Below the pieces are notes generated by a model that worked only from the letters and a program-made list of their open reading frames with translations, did no database searches and was not told where the DNA came from. Position numbers and translations under genes: made by a program. Below are positions 1-10,000 of a stretch of 64,000 bases of DNA, piece by piece (within the stretch, counting starts at the first letter, position 1; each line of letters starts with the position of its first letter). Location of the stretch: the NCBI GenBank assembly GCA_964501435.1, contig CAZCTH010000010.1, forward strand, positions 3,788 to 67,787, given 5' to 3'. This DNA is from an uncultured Spirochaetales bacterium (GTDB taxonomy: Bacteria; Myxococcota_A; UBA9160; UBA6930).

Positions 1-411
1 CTCGCAGCGCACCCGAGCGCGCCGCCCGGCGAAGCGCTGCTCGACCCCTCGGCACTCGCCGCGCTGCGCGAGCTCGACCCGAAGGACGAGCACTTCCTGC
101 CCGAGCTCGCGGACGAGTTCGCGCAGCGCGCTTCAGAGCTCGCCGCCGACGCGCGCGCCGCGCTCGCGCGCTCCGATGCCCGCACGCTCCGCGCGATCGC
201 CCACCAGCTCAAGTCGAGCTCCGCGCAGCTCGGCGCAGTGCGCGCAGCGGAGGCCGCGCGGGCGCTCGAGCAGGCGGCGACGGACGGCGCCGAGCCGAGT
301 GCGCTCGCCCCACTCGTGCAGGGGCTCGAGGCGAGCCTCGGCGCGACGCTGCCGGCGCTGCTCGCGGCGGCCAGGGGCGCGCCCGCCGGCGCGCCGCGCG
401 CGAGCGGCTGA
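1..411 (+). CDS. C-terminal Hpt domain of a 5'-truncated protein (probably a hybrid sensor kinase)
   Basis: Frame 1 is open from base 1 to TGA at 409-411. Translation contains AIAHQLKSSSAQLGA, matching the Hpt HxLKGSS motif. Not in the ORF track because it has no start codon in the window. Confidence 0.85.
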   Translation, partial: LAAHPSAPPGEALLDPSALAALRELDPKDEHFLPELADEFAQRASELAADARAALARSDARTLRAIAHQLKSSSAQLGAVRAAEAARALEQAATDGAEPSALAPLVQGLEASLGATLPALLAAARGAPAGAPRASG

Positions 412-421
412 GGCCGCGCGC

Positions 422-2518
422 TCAGTGCTGCGCGCCGCGCAGACGCTCTTCGAGCTTCTCGGGGGCGAGCGGCTCCGAGAACCAGTAGCCCTGCCCTTCC
501 GTGCAGCCGAGCTCGCGCAGGATCTCGAGCTCGCTCTCGGACTCGATGCCCTCCGCGACGAGCTTGCAGCTCATGCCGCGGCACATCGCGACCATCGCGC
601 GCACGACGGAGCGCGCCGATGCCGTCGTCGGGAGCTGCTGCACGATCGAGCGGTCGAGCTTCACCGCCTGGAGCGGCACGGTGAGGAGCGCGGCGAGCGA
701 GCTGTAGCCCGTGCCGAAGTCGTCGATCGAGAGGCCGACGCCCAGCGCGGCGATCGCCTCGAGGTTGCGCGTCGCGACGTCGGAAGCGTCGAGCATCATC
801 GACTCGGTGATCTCGAGCTCGAGCTGCGCGGGCGGGATCTGCGATGCGAGCAGCGCGTCGCTGAGCCGTCGCGCGAACTCGCCGTCTTGAATCTGGACCG
901 CGGAGAGGTTCACCGAGAGGTGAAGGTCCGGGAAGCCCGCGGCGCGCCAGCGCGCGAGCGCCGTGGTCGCCGCCTCGAGCGCCCACGCGCCCATGCCGAC
1001 GATCGCGCGCGTCTTCTCCGCGACGGGGACGAACTCGCCGGGCGGAACGGCGCCGAGCTGCGGGTGGCGCCAGCGCAGCAGCGCCTCCGCGCTGCGGATC
1101 GCGAGCGTGTCGAGCGCGAAGCGCGGCTGGTAGACGAGATGCAGCTCGCGGCGCGAGAGCGCTTCGGAAACGTCGGCCTCGATCACCGCGCGGCGCTTCG
1201 CGCGCGCCTCCATGAGCGGCTCGAACACGCGCACCTGGTTGCCGCCGTCGCGCTTGGCCTCGTACATCGCGCGATCGGCGCTGCGCATCAGCTCGTAGCG
1301 CGTGCGTCCGTGATCGGGGGAAAGCGCGAGGCCGATGCTGAGGCGCAGACTGCGCTCCTTGCCGCCGACCAGCACCGGCGCCTCGGCGGCGCGCAGGATG
1401 CGCTGCGCCACGCGTTCGGCGTCGACGCGCGTGACGGGGCCGAGCAGCACCGCGAACTCGTCGCCGCCCCAGCGCCCCGCCGAGCCCTCGACGCGCAGGC
1501 GGCCGATGGCGTCGTTCAGGCGCAACGTGCCGAGCAGCCGCTCGGCCACGTGCCGCAGCAGCTCGTCGCCCGCCGCGTGACCGAGTGTGTCGTTGGTCTC
1601 CTTGAAGCCGTCGATGTCGACGAACAGGACCGCGAAGCGACGCGCGTCGCCGCTCGCGAGCGCGGCGTCGAGCCGACGCTCGAAGAGCTGGCGGTTGGGA
1701 AGGCCCGTCACGCCGTCGTAGTGCGCGAGCTTGTGGATGCGGTCGCCGACGAACTCCGTCACGTCGTGGATCGTCACCGACAGCACCGCGCCGTTCGGCG
1801 TCGAGCGGCGCTCGACGAGCGCGCGGATCGTGCGCGGCTCCTTGCCCGCGAGGCGCAGCTCCGGATCCGCGAGCGGCGCACCCGCGAACAGCGCGACGGC
1901 TTTCTCCCGGTCCTCGGGAGCGACGAACGCGACGATCCATTCGGCGAGCGTGGCGGGCAGGAATTCGGGCCTGCCGAGGATGCGGAGCGCTTGCGGCGTG
2001 AAGTCGAGACGCTGCGCGCCCTCGTCCCACTCGAACTGGCCGATGCCGGCGAGCTCGTGTCCGCGCTCGAGGCGGCGCTCGCTCGCCTCGAGGCGCTGGA
2101 ACGCGCTCACGGCGCGCAGCGCGAAGCGCAGGCGCTGGCGAAGGAGCGGCAGGCTGACGGGCTTGGTGAGGAAGTCGGTCGCGCCCGCCTCGAAGGCGGC
2201 CTCGACCGCGGGATCGTCGGAGCGACCGGTGAGCATCAGGATGGGCAGCGCTTCGGGCGGATGCGTGCGGCGCAGCTCGGCGCAGACCGACGTTCCGGAC
2301 CGATCGGGAAGCTCGACGTCGAGCAGCACGAGATCGGGCGGCGCCTGCGCGATCTCCGCGAGGGCCTCTGCGCCCGTCGCGGCGGCGCGAACGCCGTAGC
2401 CGCCCGCCGTGAGCGCGCGGCCGACGATGCGCTGCACGAGGGGGTCGTCGTCGACCACCAGCACGGCGAATGCGTCTCGCGATTGAAGGTGCACGCGTGC
2501 CTCGGTGCTGCGAGACAC
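422..2518 (-). CDS. REC-PAS-GGDEF-EAL diguanylate cyclase/phosphodiesterase
   Basis: VLVVDDD and LLDVELP receiver motifs; DGVTGLPNR, GHAAGDELL and RWGGDEF; SAEALLRW, ELEITES, IDDFGTGYSSL and AEGIE. Confidence 0.93.
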   Translation of the reverse strand: MSRSTEARVHLQSRDAFAVLVVDDDPLVQRIVGRALTAGGYGVRAAATGAEALAEIAQAPPDLVLLDVELPDRSGTSVCAELRRTHPPEALPILMLTGRSDDPAVEAAFEAGATDFLTKPVSLPLLRQRLRFALRAVSAFQRLEASERRLERGHELAGIGQFEWDEGAQRLDFTPQALRILGRPEFLPATLAEWIVAFVAPEDREKAVALFAGAPLADPELRLAGKEPRTIRALVERRSTPNGAVLSVTIHDVTEFVGDRIHKLAHYDGVTGLPNRQLFERRLDAALASGDARRFAVLFVDIDGFKETNDTLGHAAGDELLRHVAERLLGTLRLNDAIGRLRVEGSAGRWGGDEFAVLLGPVTRVDAERVAQRILRAAEAPVLVGGKERSLRLSIGLALSPDHGRTRYELMRSADRAMYEAKRDGGNQVRVFEPLMEARAKRRAVIEADVSEALSRRELHLVYQPRFALDTLAIRSAEALLRWRHPQLGAVPPGEFVPVAEKTRAIVGMGAWALEAATTALARWRAAGFPDLHLSVNLSAVQIQDGEFARRLSDALLASQIPPAQLELEITESMMLDASDVATRNLEAIAALGVGLSIDDFGTGYSSLAALLTVPLQAVKLDRSIVQQLPTTASARSVVRAMVAMCRGMSCKLVAEGIESESELEILRELGCTEGQGYWFSEPLAPEKLEERLRGAQH

Positions 2519-2659
2519 CCGCTGCGGAGTCCCTGCGTGCGTGTCGTCTCCCGTCGGAGCGCGCTTGACGCCAATGCGCGCGCCCGAGCGCGCGGAGCGC
2601 GGCCGTGCGCACGTTTTCTCGCGTGAACTACGTAGCCGCGGCGTGCTCCCGAGGGCGCG

Positions 2660-3460
2660 CTACTGCGCGAAGCCGCGCTTCTTCAGCTCGCGCACGTACT
2701 CGGCGAGCTGCGGGTCGGCGGAGACCATCTCGGAGGTGCGCGACTCGAACTCCGCCGCCTCGCGCTCGAGCGGCGTGCGGTCGATCGGCAGGTCGAGGTA
2801 GTTCGCCGCCTGCTGGACGAGCGCGAGCGTGCCGCGCGCGTTCGGCGAGAGCGGGATGTAGTGCGGCAGGCCTGCCCAGAAGCTCACCGTCTCGAGGCCG
2901 GCGTCGGGGTAGATGCTGCCGAGCACGCCGGGCATGCCCGTCGGGCCCTCGTAGTTGCTCGCGCGCAGGCCGAGCTCTTCCATGCGTTCGGGCGGCCAGG
3001 CGAAGCCGGTGACGTGCACGGGCAGCGAGTACACGACGTCGGCGAGGTACGCGCCGAGCAGCACCACGCGCGAGACGCGCAGCTGCTTCGCGAGCCGCAC
3101 CATCTCGTCGCACCATTTGCGCCAGTGCGTGTGCGGCTCGGGGCCGACGCCGATCACCAGCTCGGTGCGGCCGGGGATCACCGCGTAGTGCAACGTGAAG
3201 CGCGGCCACGCGACGTGCCGGCGGCCGTCCTCGGACTGGCGCACGACGGGGCGCTGCACCGTGAAGTCGTAGTAGTGCTCGCCGTCGATCTCGCCGAGCG
3301 GCGCCGCGCCGAGCGCGTCGGCAATGAAGCGCGCGGCGTTCGAGGCCGCTTCGCCCGCGTCGTTCCAGCCCTCGAACGCGAGCAGCAGCGCCGGCGCCTC
3401 GAGCGCAGGCTCGACGTCGAAACGGATGTCGCCGAGGGCGGGGACCATGCGACGCAGCAT
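2660..3460 (-). CDS. PAC2 family (proteasome assembly chaperone-like) protein
   Basis: LLLAFEGWNDAGEAAS, YYDFTVQRP, GPEPH, YEGPTG and HYI motifs typical of bacterial PAC2 proteins. Confidence 0.85.
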   Translation of the reverse strand: MLRRMVPALGDIRFDVEPALEAPALLLAFEGWNDAGEAASNAARFIADALGAAPLGEIDGEHYYDFTVQRPVVRQSEDGRRHVAWPRFTLHYAVIPGRTELVIGVGPEPHTHWRKWCDEMVRLAKQLRVSRVVLLGAYLADVVYSLPVHVTGFAWPPERMEELGLRASNYEGPTGMPGVLGSIYPDAGLETVSFWAGLPHYIPLSPNARGTLALVQQAANYLDLPIDRTPLEREAAEFESRTSEMVSADPQLAEYVRELKKRGFAQ

Positions 3461-3519
3461 TGCAGATCGACGCCAAGTGCGCGCCCGAGCCGAGACGCAA
3501 CCGAACGCAAACCGCGCGT

Positions 3520-3554
3520 CGAACCCGAATGGGGTCAGACCCCGATCGGGTTCG
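3520..3554. repeat. REP-like imperfect palindrome, copy 1
   Basis: CGAACCCGA-AT-GGGGTCAGACCCC-GA-TCGGGTTCG; core at 3531-3543; intergenic. Confidence 0.75.
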
Positions 3555-3653
3555 GCCCGGCCGGCGGAACCGGGTGGGCGGGCGGCGTGCGGCGGCGGCT
3601 CGGCGTGCGGATGCGCTCGGCCGCGTCAGCCCGCGTCGCAGACGGTCCGCGCT

Positions 3654-3686
3654 GAACCCGAAAGGGGTCAGACCCCAAATGGGTTC
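3654..3686. repeat. REP-like imperfect palindrome, copy 2
   Basis: GAACCCGAAA-GGGGTCAGACCCC-AAATGGGTTC; core at 3664-3676; just downstream of the response regulator stop codon. Confidence 0.75.
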
Positions 3687-3693
3687 GGCGCGC

Positions 3694-4392
3694 TCAGCGC
3701 ACGAAGCGGTAGCCGTGGCCGCGCACGCTCTCGATGTGCTTCGGGTTCGCGGGGTCTTCCTCGACGTAGCGGCGCAGGCGCACGATGAAGCTGTCCACGA
3801 CGCGGGTGCGGGTGTCGGGCTTCAGCCCCCACACCGATTCGAGCAGGTCGCCGCGGGTCAGCGGCTCGCCCTCGTGCACGATCAGCTCGCGCAGCAGCGC
3901 GGCCTCGCGCGGCGTCAGCTGGATCGTGCCGCTCGGCGTCTCGAGCTCGAGGCGGTCGAGCCGCGCGACGACCTTGCCGAAGGCCACCTCGCGCGCGCTC
4001 GCCGGCAGCTCCGCCGCGTTGTCCCACTTGCGCCGCCGGAGCAGCGCGCGCAGGCGCACGAGCAGCTCGTCGAGGCGGAACGGCTTCGTCAGGTAGTCGT
4101 CGGCGCCCTCCTCGATGCCGCGCACTATGTCGCCGCCTTCGTCCTTCGCGGTGAGGATCAGGATCGGCACGAAGTTGCCCGCCGCGCGCGTCCGCCGCGC
4201 CACCTCGAAGCCGTTCATGTGCGGCAGCATCACGTCGAGGATCACGGCGTCGAACTTGGGCTCGCGCGCGAGGCGCTCCGCGGCTTCGGCGCCGTCGCCG
4301 AGGATCTCGACCTCGTGCCCCTCGGCCTCGAGGTTGAACGCGAGCCCCTCCGCGAGGTGGTGCTCGTCCTCGACCACGAGCAGCCGAGCCAC
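3694..4392 (-). CDS. OmpR/PhoB family response regulator
   Basis: LLVVEDE, ILDVMLP, GADDYLTKPF receiver motifs; winged-helix C-terminus LTPRE...ESVRGHGYRF. Confidence 0.93.
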   Translation of the reverse strand: MARLLVVEDEHHLAEGLAFNLEAEGHEVEILGDGAEAAERLAREPKFDAVILDVMLPHMNGFEVARRTRAAGNFVPILILTAKDEGGDIVRGIEEGADDYLTKPFRLDELLVRLRALLRRRKWDNAAELPASAREVAFGKVVARLDRLELETPSGTIQLTPREAALLRELIVHEGEPLTRGDLLESVWGLKPDTRTRVVDSFIVRLRRYVEEDPANPKHIESVRGHGYRFVR

Positions 4393-5412
4393 CTAGTGAC
4401 TCCCCGCCGCGCCCGGCGCGTTCGGTGACGGCGCCGCAGCCGCGGCGCCCGCGCGCGCAGCGTCGCCGAGCGCGGGCTTCGCGGCGCCATCGCTCGCCGC
4501 GCCCGGCGCCGCGCGCAGCGTCACCGTGAAGCGGCTGCCGCGCCCGACGCCCTCGCTGCGCGCCTCGACGCGCCCGCCGTTCCGGCGCACGAGGCTGTTC
4601 ACGATGAACAGCCCGAGGCCGAGGCCCGCGGCGTCGCGGCCCACCTGATAGAAGCGCCCGAAGATCTTGCGCAGCTCGCTCGGCGCGATGCCGATGCCGC
4701 GATCGGCGATCTCGGCCCGCACGCGCCCGTCGGGCGTCTCTTCGAGCGCGACGCGGATCTCGAGGGGCGGCTGCGAGTACTTCACCGCGTTCTCGAGCAG
4801 GTTGCGGAACACCACCGACAGCTCCGCGGCGTCTCCCAGCGCGGTGAGCGGCCGCTTGCGCGCCATCGCGATCGCGCCCTCGGGCAGCGCGTGGGCGCGC
4901 CGCACGTCGTCGGCGGCGTCGCGGAGGATGGCGGTGAGATCGACCGGATCGCCCGGCCGCACGCGCACCTTCTCCTCGCTGCGCGCCGCGGCGAGCACGT
5001 GCATGACGGTGCGCTCGAGCCGCGCGACGTCTTCCTGCATGCGCGCGACGAACGCCTTCTGCTTCTCGGGGGCGAGCTCGCGCCGCTGCATCGTGTCGAG
5101 GTAGAGCTGCAGCGAGGCGATCGGCGTCTTCATCTCGTGCGTCACCGCATCGATGAACGCCTGCTGGCGCTGGCCCGAGCGGATCTCGCGCACGAGCCAG
5201 ATGCACAGCAGGAGCAGGCCGACGAAGATCGTGAGCGCCACCAGCGAGCCGAGCCCGATCGCCGCCCAGTGCGCCGCGCTCAGCCCGGCCTCGGCGTCGG
5301 CCGGGCGCCAGCCGCGCACCACGATCACCTGCCACGCGATGCCGAGCGCGAGGGCCAGCACCATGAGGGTGATGCCGAGCGCGAGGGGATAGCGGATCGA
5401 GCGGCGGGGCAT
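4393..5412 (-). CDS. Sensor histidine kinase (2 TM, short loop)
   Basis: H-box THEMKTPI; NLLENAVKYS; DRGIGI; GLGLGL. Start chosen at MPRRSIRYP; the longer track ORF runs through a repeat. Directly abuts the regulator. Confidence 0.9.
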   Translation of the reverse strand: MPRRSIRYPLALGITLMVLALALGIAWQVIVVRGWRPADAEAGLSAAHWAAIGLGSLVALTIFVGLLLLCIWLVREIRSGQRQQAFIDAVTHEMKTPIASLQLYLDTMQRRELAPEKQKAFVARMQEDVARLERTVMHVLAAARSEEKVRVRPGDPVDLTAILRDAADDVRRAHALPEGAIAMARKRPLTALGDAAELSVVFRNLLENAVKYSQPPLEIRVALEETPDGRVRAEIADRGIGIAPSELRKIFGRFYQVGRDAAGLGLGLFIVNSLVRRNGGRVEARSEGVGRGSRFTVTLRAAPGAASDGAAKPALGDAARAGAAAAAPSPNAPGAAGSH

Positions 5413-5510
5413 GCGGGCGGGGCTCCGGGTGGTTCCAACGTAACGAGTCCGGGCGCCCGAGGGCGCGAACGCGTCGCCGGCGCGCGATCGCGACCGACCG
5501 CCCCCCACGC

Positions 5511-5543
5511 GGAACGAAACGGGGTCTGACCCCTTTGGGTTCG
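5511..5543. repeat. REP-like imperfect palindrome, copy 3 (opposite orientation)
   Basis: GGAACGAAAC-GGGGTCTGACCCC-TTTGGGTTCG; core 5521-5533 is the reverse complement of the core in copies 1 and 2. Confidence 0.72.
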
Positions 5544-5589
5544 CCCGGCTGGATTCCAGGCCGGCCTCCCGTGCCTTTAGAATGCCGGA

Positions 5590-7047
5590 ATGCGCTGGCT
5601 CGCCTTTTCGCGCGGTCTCGCCGTCTGGGCGCTCTCGGCGTTCGCGGCGAGCGCCGTCGGGGCCACCGAGCTCCCACCCGAGGGCCACTGTCCGGGCGAC
5701 CCGGGGGTTAGTCCAGTGACCGGCGCGGGATCTCCACCACCCGCCGAAGACACGCTGGACGCCACCCGCGCCCCGCTGCAACTCCGCCCAGGCACGACGC
5801 TTTCGTACACCGATCTGCCGCACCTCCGCGCGCTGCTTCCGCCCGAAGTCTGGAGCCACCGCGACGCGTTCTTCTTCGACGGGATGCGTCTCACCCTCGG
5901 CCCGTGTCATCGCCGCTTCGCGCCGTCGACCGCCTTCGCGGCTGCAACGCGTGCGCGCGGGGGCGATGCGCGCGTGGACGGCGACGGCAATCTCGCGGAC
6001 GACTTGGGCGGGCTTCCTTTCGCGATCGAGGCGATCGCCCCGGACGCCCCGGACGCGGGAGCCCGCTGGGCGTGGAACCTCGAACGACGCGACCGCGGCG
6101 CCGGGTCGATCGGCTCGTTCCGGATCGTCGACCTACCCGATGCGCGCCGGCTCGCCGGACACGTGGAACCGCAGACCTTCTCGGGCACGTTCTTCTTCGT
6201 GCCCGCCGACGGCGGCGACCGGAATCGCTGGATCGCCGGCGGCGAGCTCCGCGATCCGCCCGACGCACGGCTCCTCGCGTGGCGCCAGTACCGACTCCGC
6301 ACGGCCGACCGCGACGCTCGCCGTCCCGACGACGTCTTCGTCTACTTGCCCGCGCTGCGAAAGATGCGCCGCGGCGTCGGCTCGCGCAGTGACGGGATCT
6401 TCGTCCCCCGCTACCGCGTGGCGGGCCCCGGCAATGCGCGGGTCGTGCCCTACGGGCAAGGCGGGCGCCTTGGAGCGATCGAGGCGGGACATGCCGGCGC
6501 GATCGCGGTCGCCGAGGACATCGACCGCGGCTTCACGGGGCTCGCCCTTCGCCCGAACGCCTGGACGTGGCGCGTAGTCGCCGAGGGCGCGGTGATTGCG
6601 CCGCTGAATGCGCGCGTTCCCGGCTGGCCGCTGCGCGAGGGTCGCAACTACGGACCGAGTGGACTCTCGCTCGCGAGCGACACGTGGGACGTTCGCTGGG
6701 CCATCGCCATCGAGGGCCGCGCGCGAGACCCGGAGCGGCCCCTCCCGCGCGTCACGGTTTGGCTGGACGCGCAGACGGTGCAGCCCCTGTACGTGATTCG
6801 CCGCACGCAGAGTGGCGCGCTGCGCGAGGTGGGCGTGCTCGCACACCGCTACACCGGCGACGACCCCGATGCCGCGACGCGGCCGAGCGGCGCTTCCGCG
6901 AGCGCGTTCCACCCGGTGGCCGCCGCCTTCCTCGCGCTGCCCAGCGGCGGCTGGCGACGCGAGAGCTGGGACACGCGCTCCGTCGCGCTCGACCCGGTCG
7001 AACGGCGCGCCCTGCTCTCCACCGACGCCCTCACGCGCGGGCGCTGA
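5590..7047 (+). CDS. DUF1329-like exported protein
   Basis: Signal peptide; FVYLPALRKMRR segment; P-L-N and WDVR segments recalled from DUF1329 proteins; adjacent DUF1302-like gene. Confidence 0.7.
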   Translation: MRWLAFSRGLAVWALSAFAASAVGATELPPEGHCPGDPGVSPVTGAGSPPPAEDTLDATRAPLQLRPGTTLSYTDLPHLRALLPPEVWSHRDAFFFDGMRLTLGPCHRRFAPSTAFAAATRARGGDARVDGDGNLADDLGGLPFAIEAIAPDAPDAGARWAWNLERRDRGAGSIGSFRIVDLPDARRLAGHVEPQTFSGTFFFVPADGGDRNRWIAGGELRDPPDARLLAWRQYRLRTADRDARRPDDVFVYLPALRKMRRGVGSRSDGIFVPRYRVAGPGNARVVPYGQGGRLGAIEAGHAGAIAVAEDIDRGFTGLALRPNAWTWRVVAEGAVIAPLNARVPGWPLREGRNYGPSGLSLASDTWDVRWAIAIEGRARDPERPLPRVTVWLDAQTVQPLYVIRRTQSGALREVGVLAHRYTGDDPDAATRPSGASASAFHPVAAAFLALPSGGWRRESWDTRSVALDPVERRALLSTDALTRGR

Positions 7048-7065
7048 ACGCTCGCGGGCCGCGGG

Positions 7066-10000
7066 TCAAAACGCGTAGCGCAGCTTCGCGTACACGTGGT
7101 CGAGGTCGCGCACCGGCGAGAGGCCGTTCTCGACGTACGTGAACTCGCTGAGCACGTCGTCGTCGTTCGCCGAGAAGCCGTTGATCCCGCGCAGGCGCCG
7201 CGTCCATCCGCCGGTGAAGAAGCCCAGCCCGAGAGTCGCCGAGACGCGGTCGGTGAAGCGCCAGGACGCCTCCGGCAGGAGCGCGCCCGAGTGCGAGCGA
7301 AAGTCCCACACGAAGTTCGCGGTGAGCTCGAGGCGGTCCTGCAGGTATCCCGTTCCGACGTTCGTGAGCCACAGGAACGTCCACGGGCCGTCGGCGGTCA
7401 TCCCGCGCTCGTACCCGGCGACGTAGCTGATGAACAACTGGCTGCTCAACAGGAACGTGCGGTGCGCGTTGAGCGCACGGAAGAAGGTCGGGCGTTCCGC
7501 GGAGATCGTCAGATTGAACGTGTCGACGCCGGAGAGACCGTCCATCGCGCCGTTGTCGACGACGTTCAGGCCCTCTTGCCAAGTGAGCTCGAAGCTCCAG
7601 CTCGCGCCGGTGAGGTCCTCCGCGAAGTCGCTCGAGAAACCGAGCACGTTGCGCTTGCGGTAGGCGAGCGCCGCCGAGCCGAGGCCACCCCACACGAACT
7701 GACGCCGGCCGTACGCGCCATTCCCGCCGGCCCTCCGGTGCGCACGCGTCACGCGCGTGAGCGAGGCGAATCCGTCCACCAGCCGGCAGAACTGCGGCTG
7801 TGCGAACGAGCAGCGGCCCAGCGCGAACGCGCGAAGCGGGTCGCACTTGGAGAGATCGTTGCCGTTCGATTCGCAGCCGAGCGCCGTCGCGAGCATGAGC
7901 AGGTTCCAGGAGAGCGCCGCCGTCTCGCTGCGGAACGGTTGGCCCGTGAATGGATGAAGCAGCGGCGCGTTCGAGCCGTCCTCCGTGCGCACGACGCCGC
8001 CATCGACCGCGACGTCGTAGCCGCTCATCCCTGGCCCGAGGCAGCCGGGCAAGGCGAATGCGTGGCCGCCTTCGAAGCGCGTGCACACGGCGCCGCCCGC
8101 GAAACCGACCGTTCCGGGCTGCGCGACGGCGCCGTCGAGCGTGCTCCAGCGCGGATTCCGCTCGGTGCCCTCGATCCACGGGAACGCCTGAAAGAGCGCG
8201 CTCGCCTCGGCGTTCAGCAGGTCGATGCCTTCGAGATCGCAGCGCGTCCCATAGTGGCTCCCGCATCCCAGCAGGGCCTGCTGCGGAACGCTGAGATTCG
8301 CCTGCAGCGAGTCGCCGTACCAGAGTGCGGCGGCGATCGGCCCGACCCCGCCGGGCGGCGGCGCGAGCGGGCCGTCGCCGACGTCGGCATTCAGATTCAC
8401 GAGCGGCGTCGGGACGGAGGCACCGAAGCCCCCGTGCCGAATTCCTGGATTCACCGCGAGCAACTGCGCGTGAAAGCTCGCCTGCGCGGCGGGATCCCGC
8501 GAGACGAGCGCGTCGAAGGCCGACACGCCGGCATCCGAGCCCGCCAGGATGTTGCTCCACAGGGCGACGTACGTCGGCGGCGCGCCCGGCGCTTGGCTCG
8601 GTGCGCGCGTGCTGTTCCAGATCGTGAGACCGCACGCGCCGGGATCGACCGCGGGCGTACTGCCCACGGTCGCCGCGCACAGGAAGGCGAACATCTGCTG
8701 GTTCGCGGAATGGTCGCGCAGCGCACCGTTCGGCTGCAGGCAGGCGGGCTCGACGCCCGTCGCGCACTCCCCGGCCTCCATCGCCCGCCGCGGGCGCCCC
8801 GTGCGTGGGTCGACGTTGCGCGCGTACTCGAACAGGATCCTCGGATGCGGCGTGTCCTCGTACCCGTAATAGTCGCTGAGCGAGAAGCTGAAGCGATCCC
8901 AGCGCCACTCGACGCGCGCGCCGAGCTCGAGGCCTTCGGAGTCGCGCCACGGCTTCGGCGGGCGCTGCTCTCCCGCGATCCCGGCTCCCGTGAGCCCGTG
9001 CTGCCAGAGGCCGAGGCCCTCGTCGCACGCGGTTCGCGGCGTGAACGGCTCGCCGCAGATGCCGAGATCCTGGGGCTCGAAGGCGTCGAAGATCGTCGCG
9101 AGCTCGACGCGCACGTCCTGGAGCGGACCGACGTCGTAGAGCGAGTAGATCGCGCGCAGCGCGGCGACGGGGATGCGCGACTCTTCGAGCGAAGTGAGCG
9201 GACCGAGCGCCACGTCGGTCGGGTTCCACTGATCCTGGTTGCGGAAGAGCTCCGTCTTCCCCCACACGATCGTCTGCTTCCCGACGCGGAGCCAGAGCCT
9301 ACGCTGCGCTGCCTCGAGATCGACGTAGAGCTCGCGCAACTCGTGCAGCGGCTGCTGGCTCGCGCCGTGATTCCATTGCAGATCGCTCACGGTGAAATAC
9401 TGATCCGCGTCGTCGAAAGCGTCGCGCATCAGGGCCTCGCGCACGGAGCGATTGGGCAGGAAGAGGCCCCGCGCTTCCCAGGGCACCGCGCGCTCGCTCG
9501 TGCGGCGCTCGGGTGCTGGGCGGTACGGGAGCGCGTATGCACCCGCGTTTCCGAGCACCGGATGCAGCTCGGCCGCGTCGAACGGGTTGACGCGGTCCGC
9601 GAGACGCCCGATCGGGTCCATGTCGCACGTGGCATTGAACAACAGCTCCCGATTGCCGTAGCCGCGCAGGCTGTCCTCGCGCAGCCTGCGCGATCCGGCG
9701 CGGCAGCCGCGCTCGCGCGCGAGGACGTAATAGCCCGCGTCGTCTCCCGGAACGCCGAACGAGCCGCGCACGCCGTCTGCGCCGACGCTCGCGCCGAACA
9801 ACTCGGCGAGCGTCGGCCCGAACAGCACGGAAGTGGCGCGGCGCTGGCCGCTCGGCAGGTCTGCGTTGCGCACGCCATCGGAGCCGAGCACTGCGCCGTC
9901 GAGGCGCGTCTCGTCGTCGAAATAATAGGCGCGGCGGTCGACCGTCTCCTGGCCGCCCGCAGAGCCGACGCGCCGCCCGTCCTGCAGGCGCGCGGGCAAC

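Noticed and set aside
3520-3686. Possible CRISPR array
   Set aside because: Only two copies about 100 bp apart plus a distant inverted one, with variable flanks and no cas genes.
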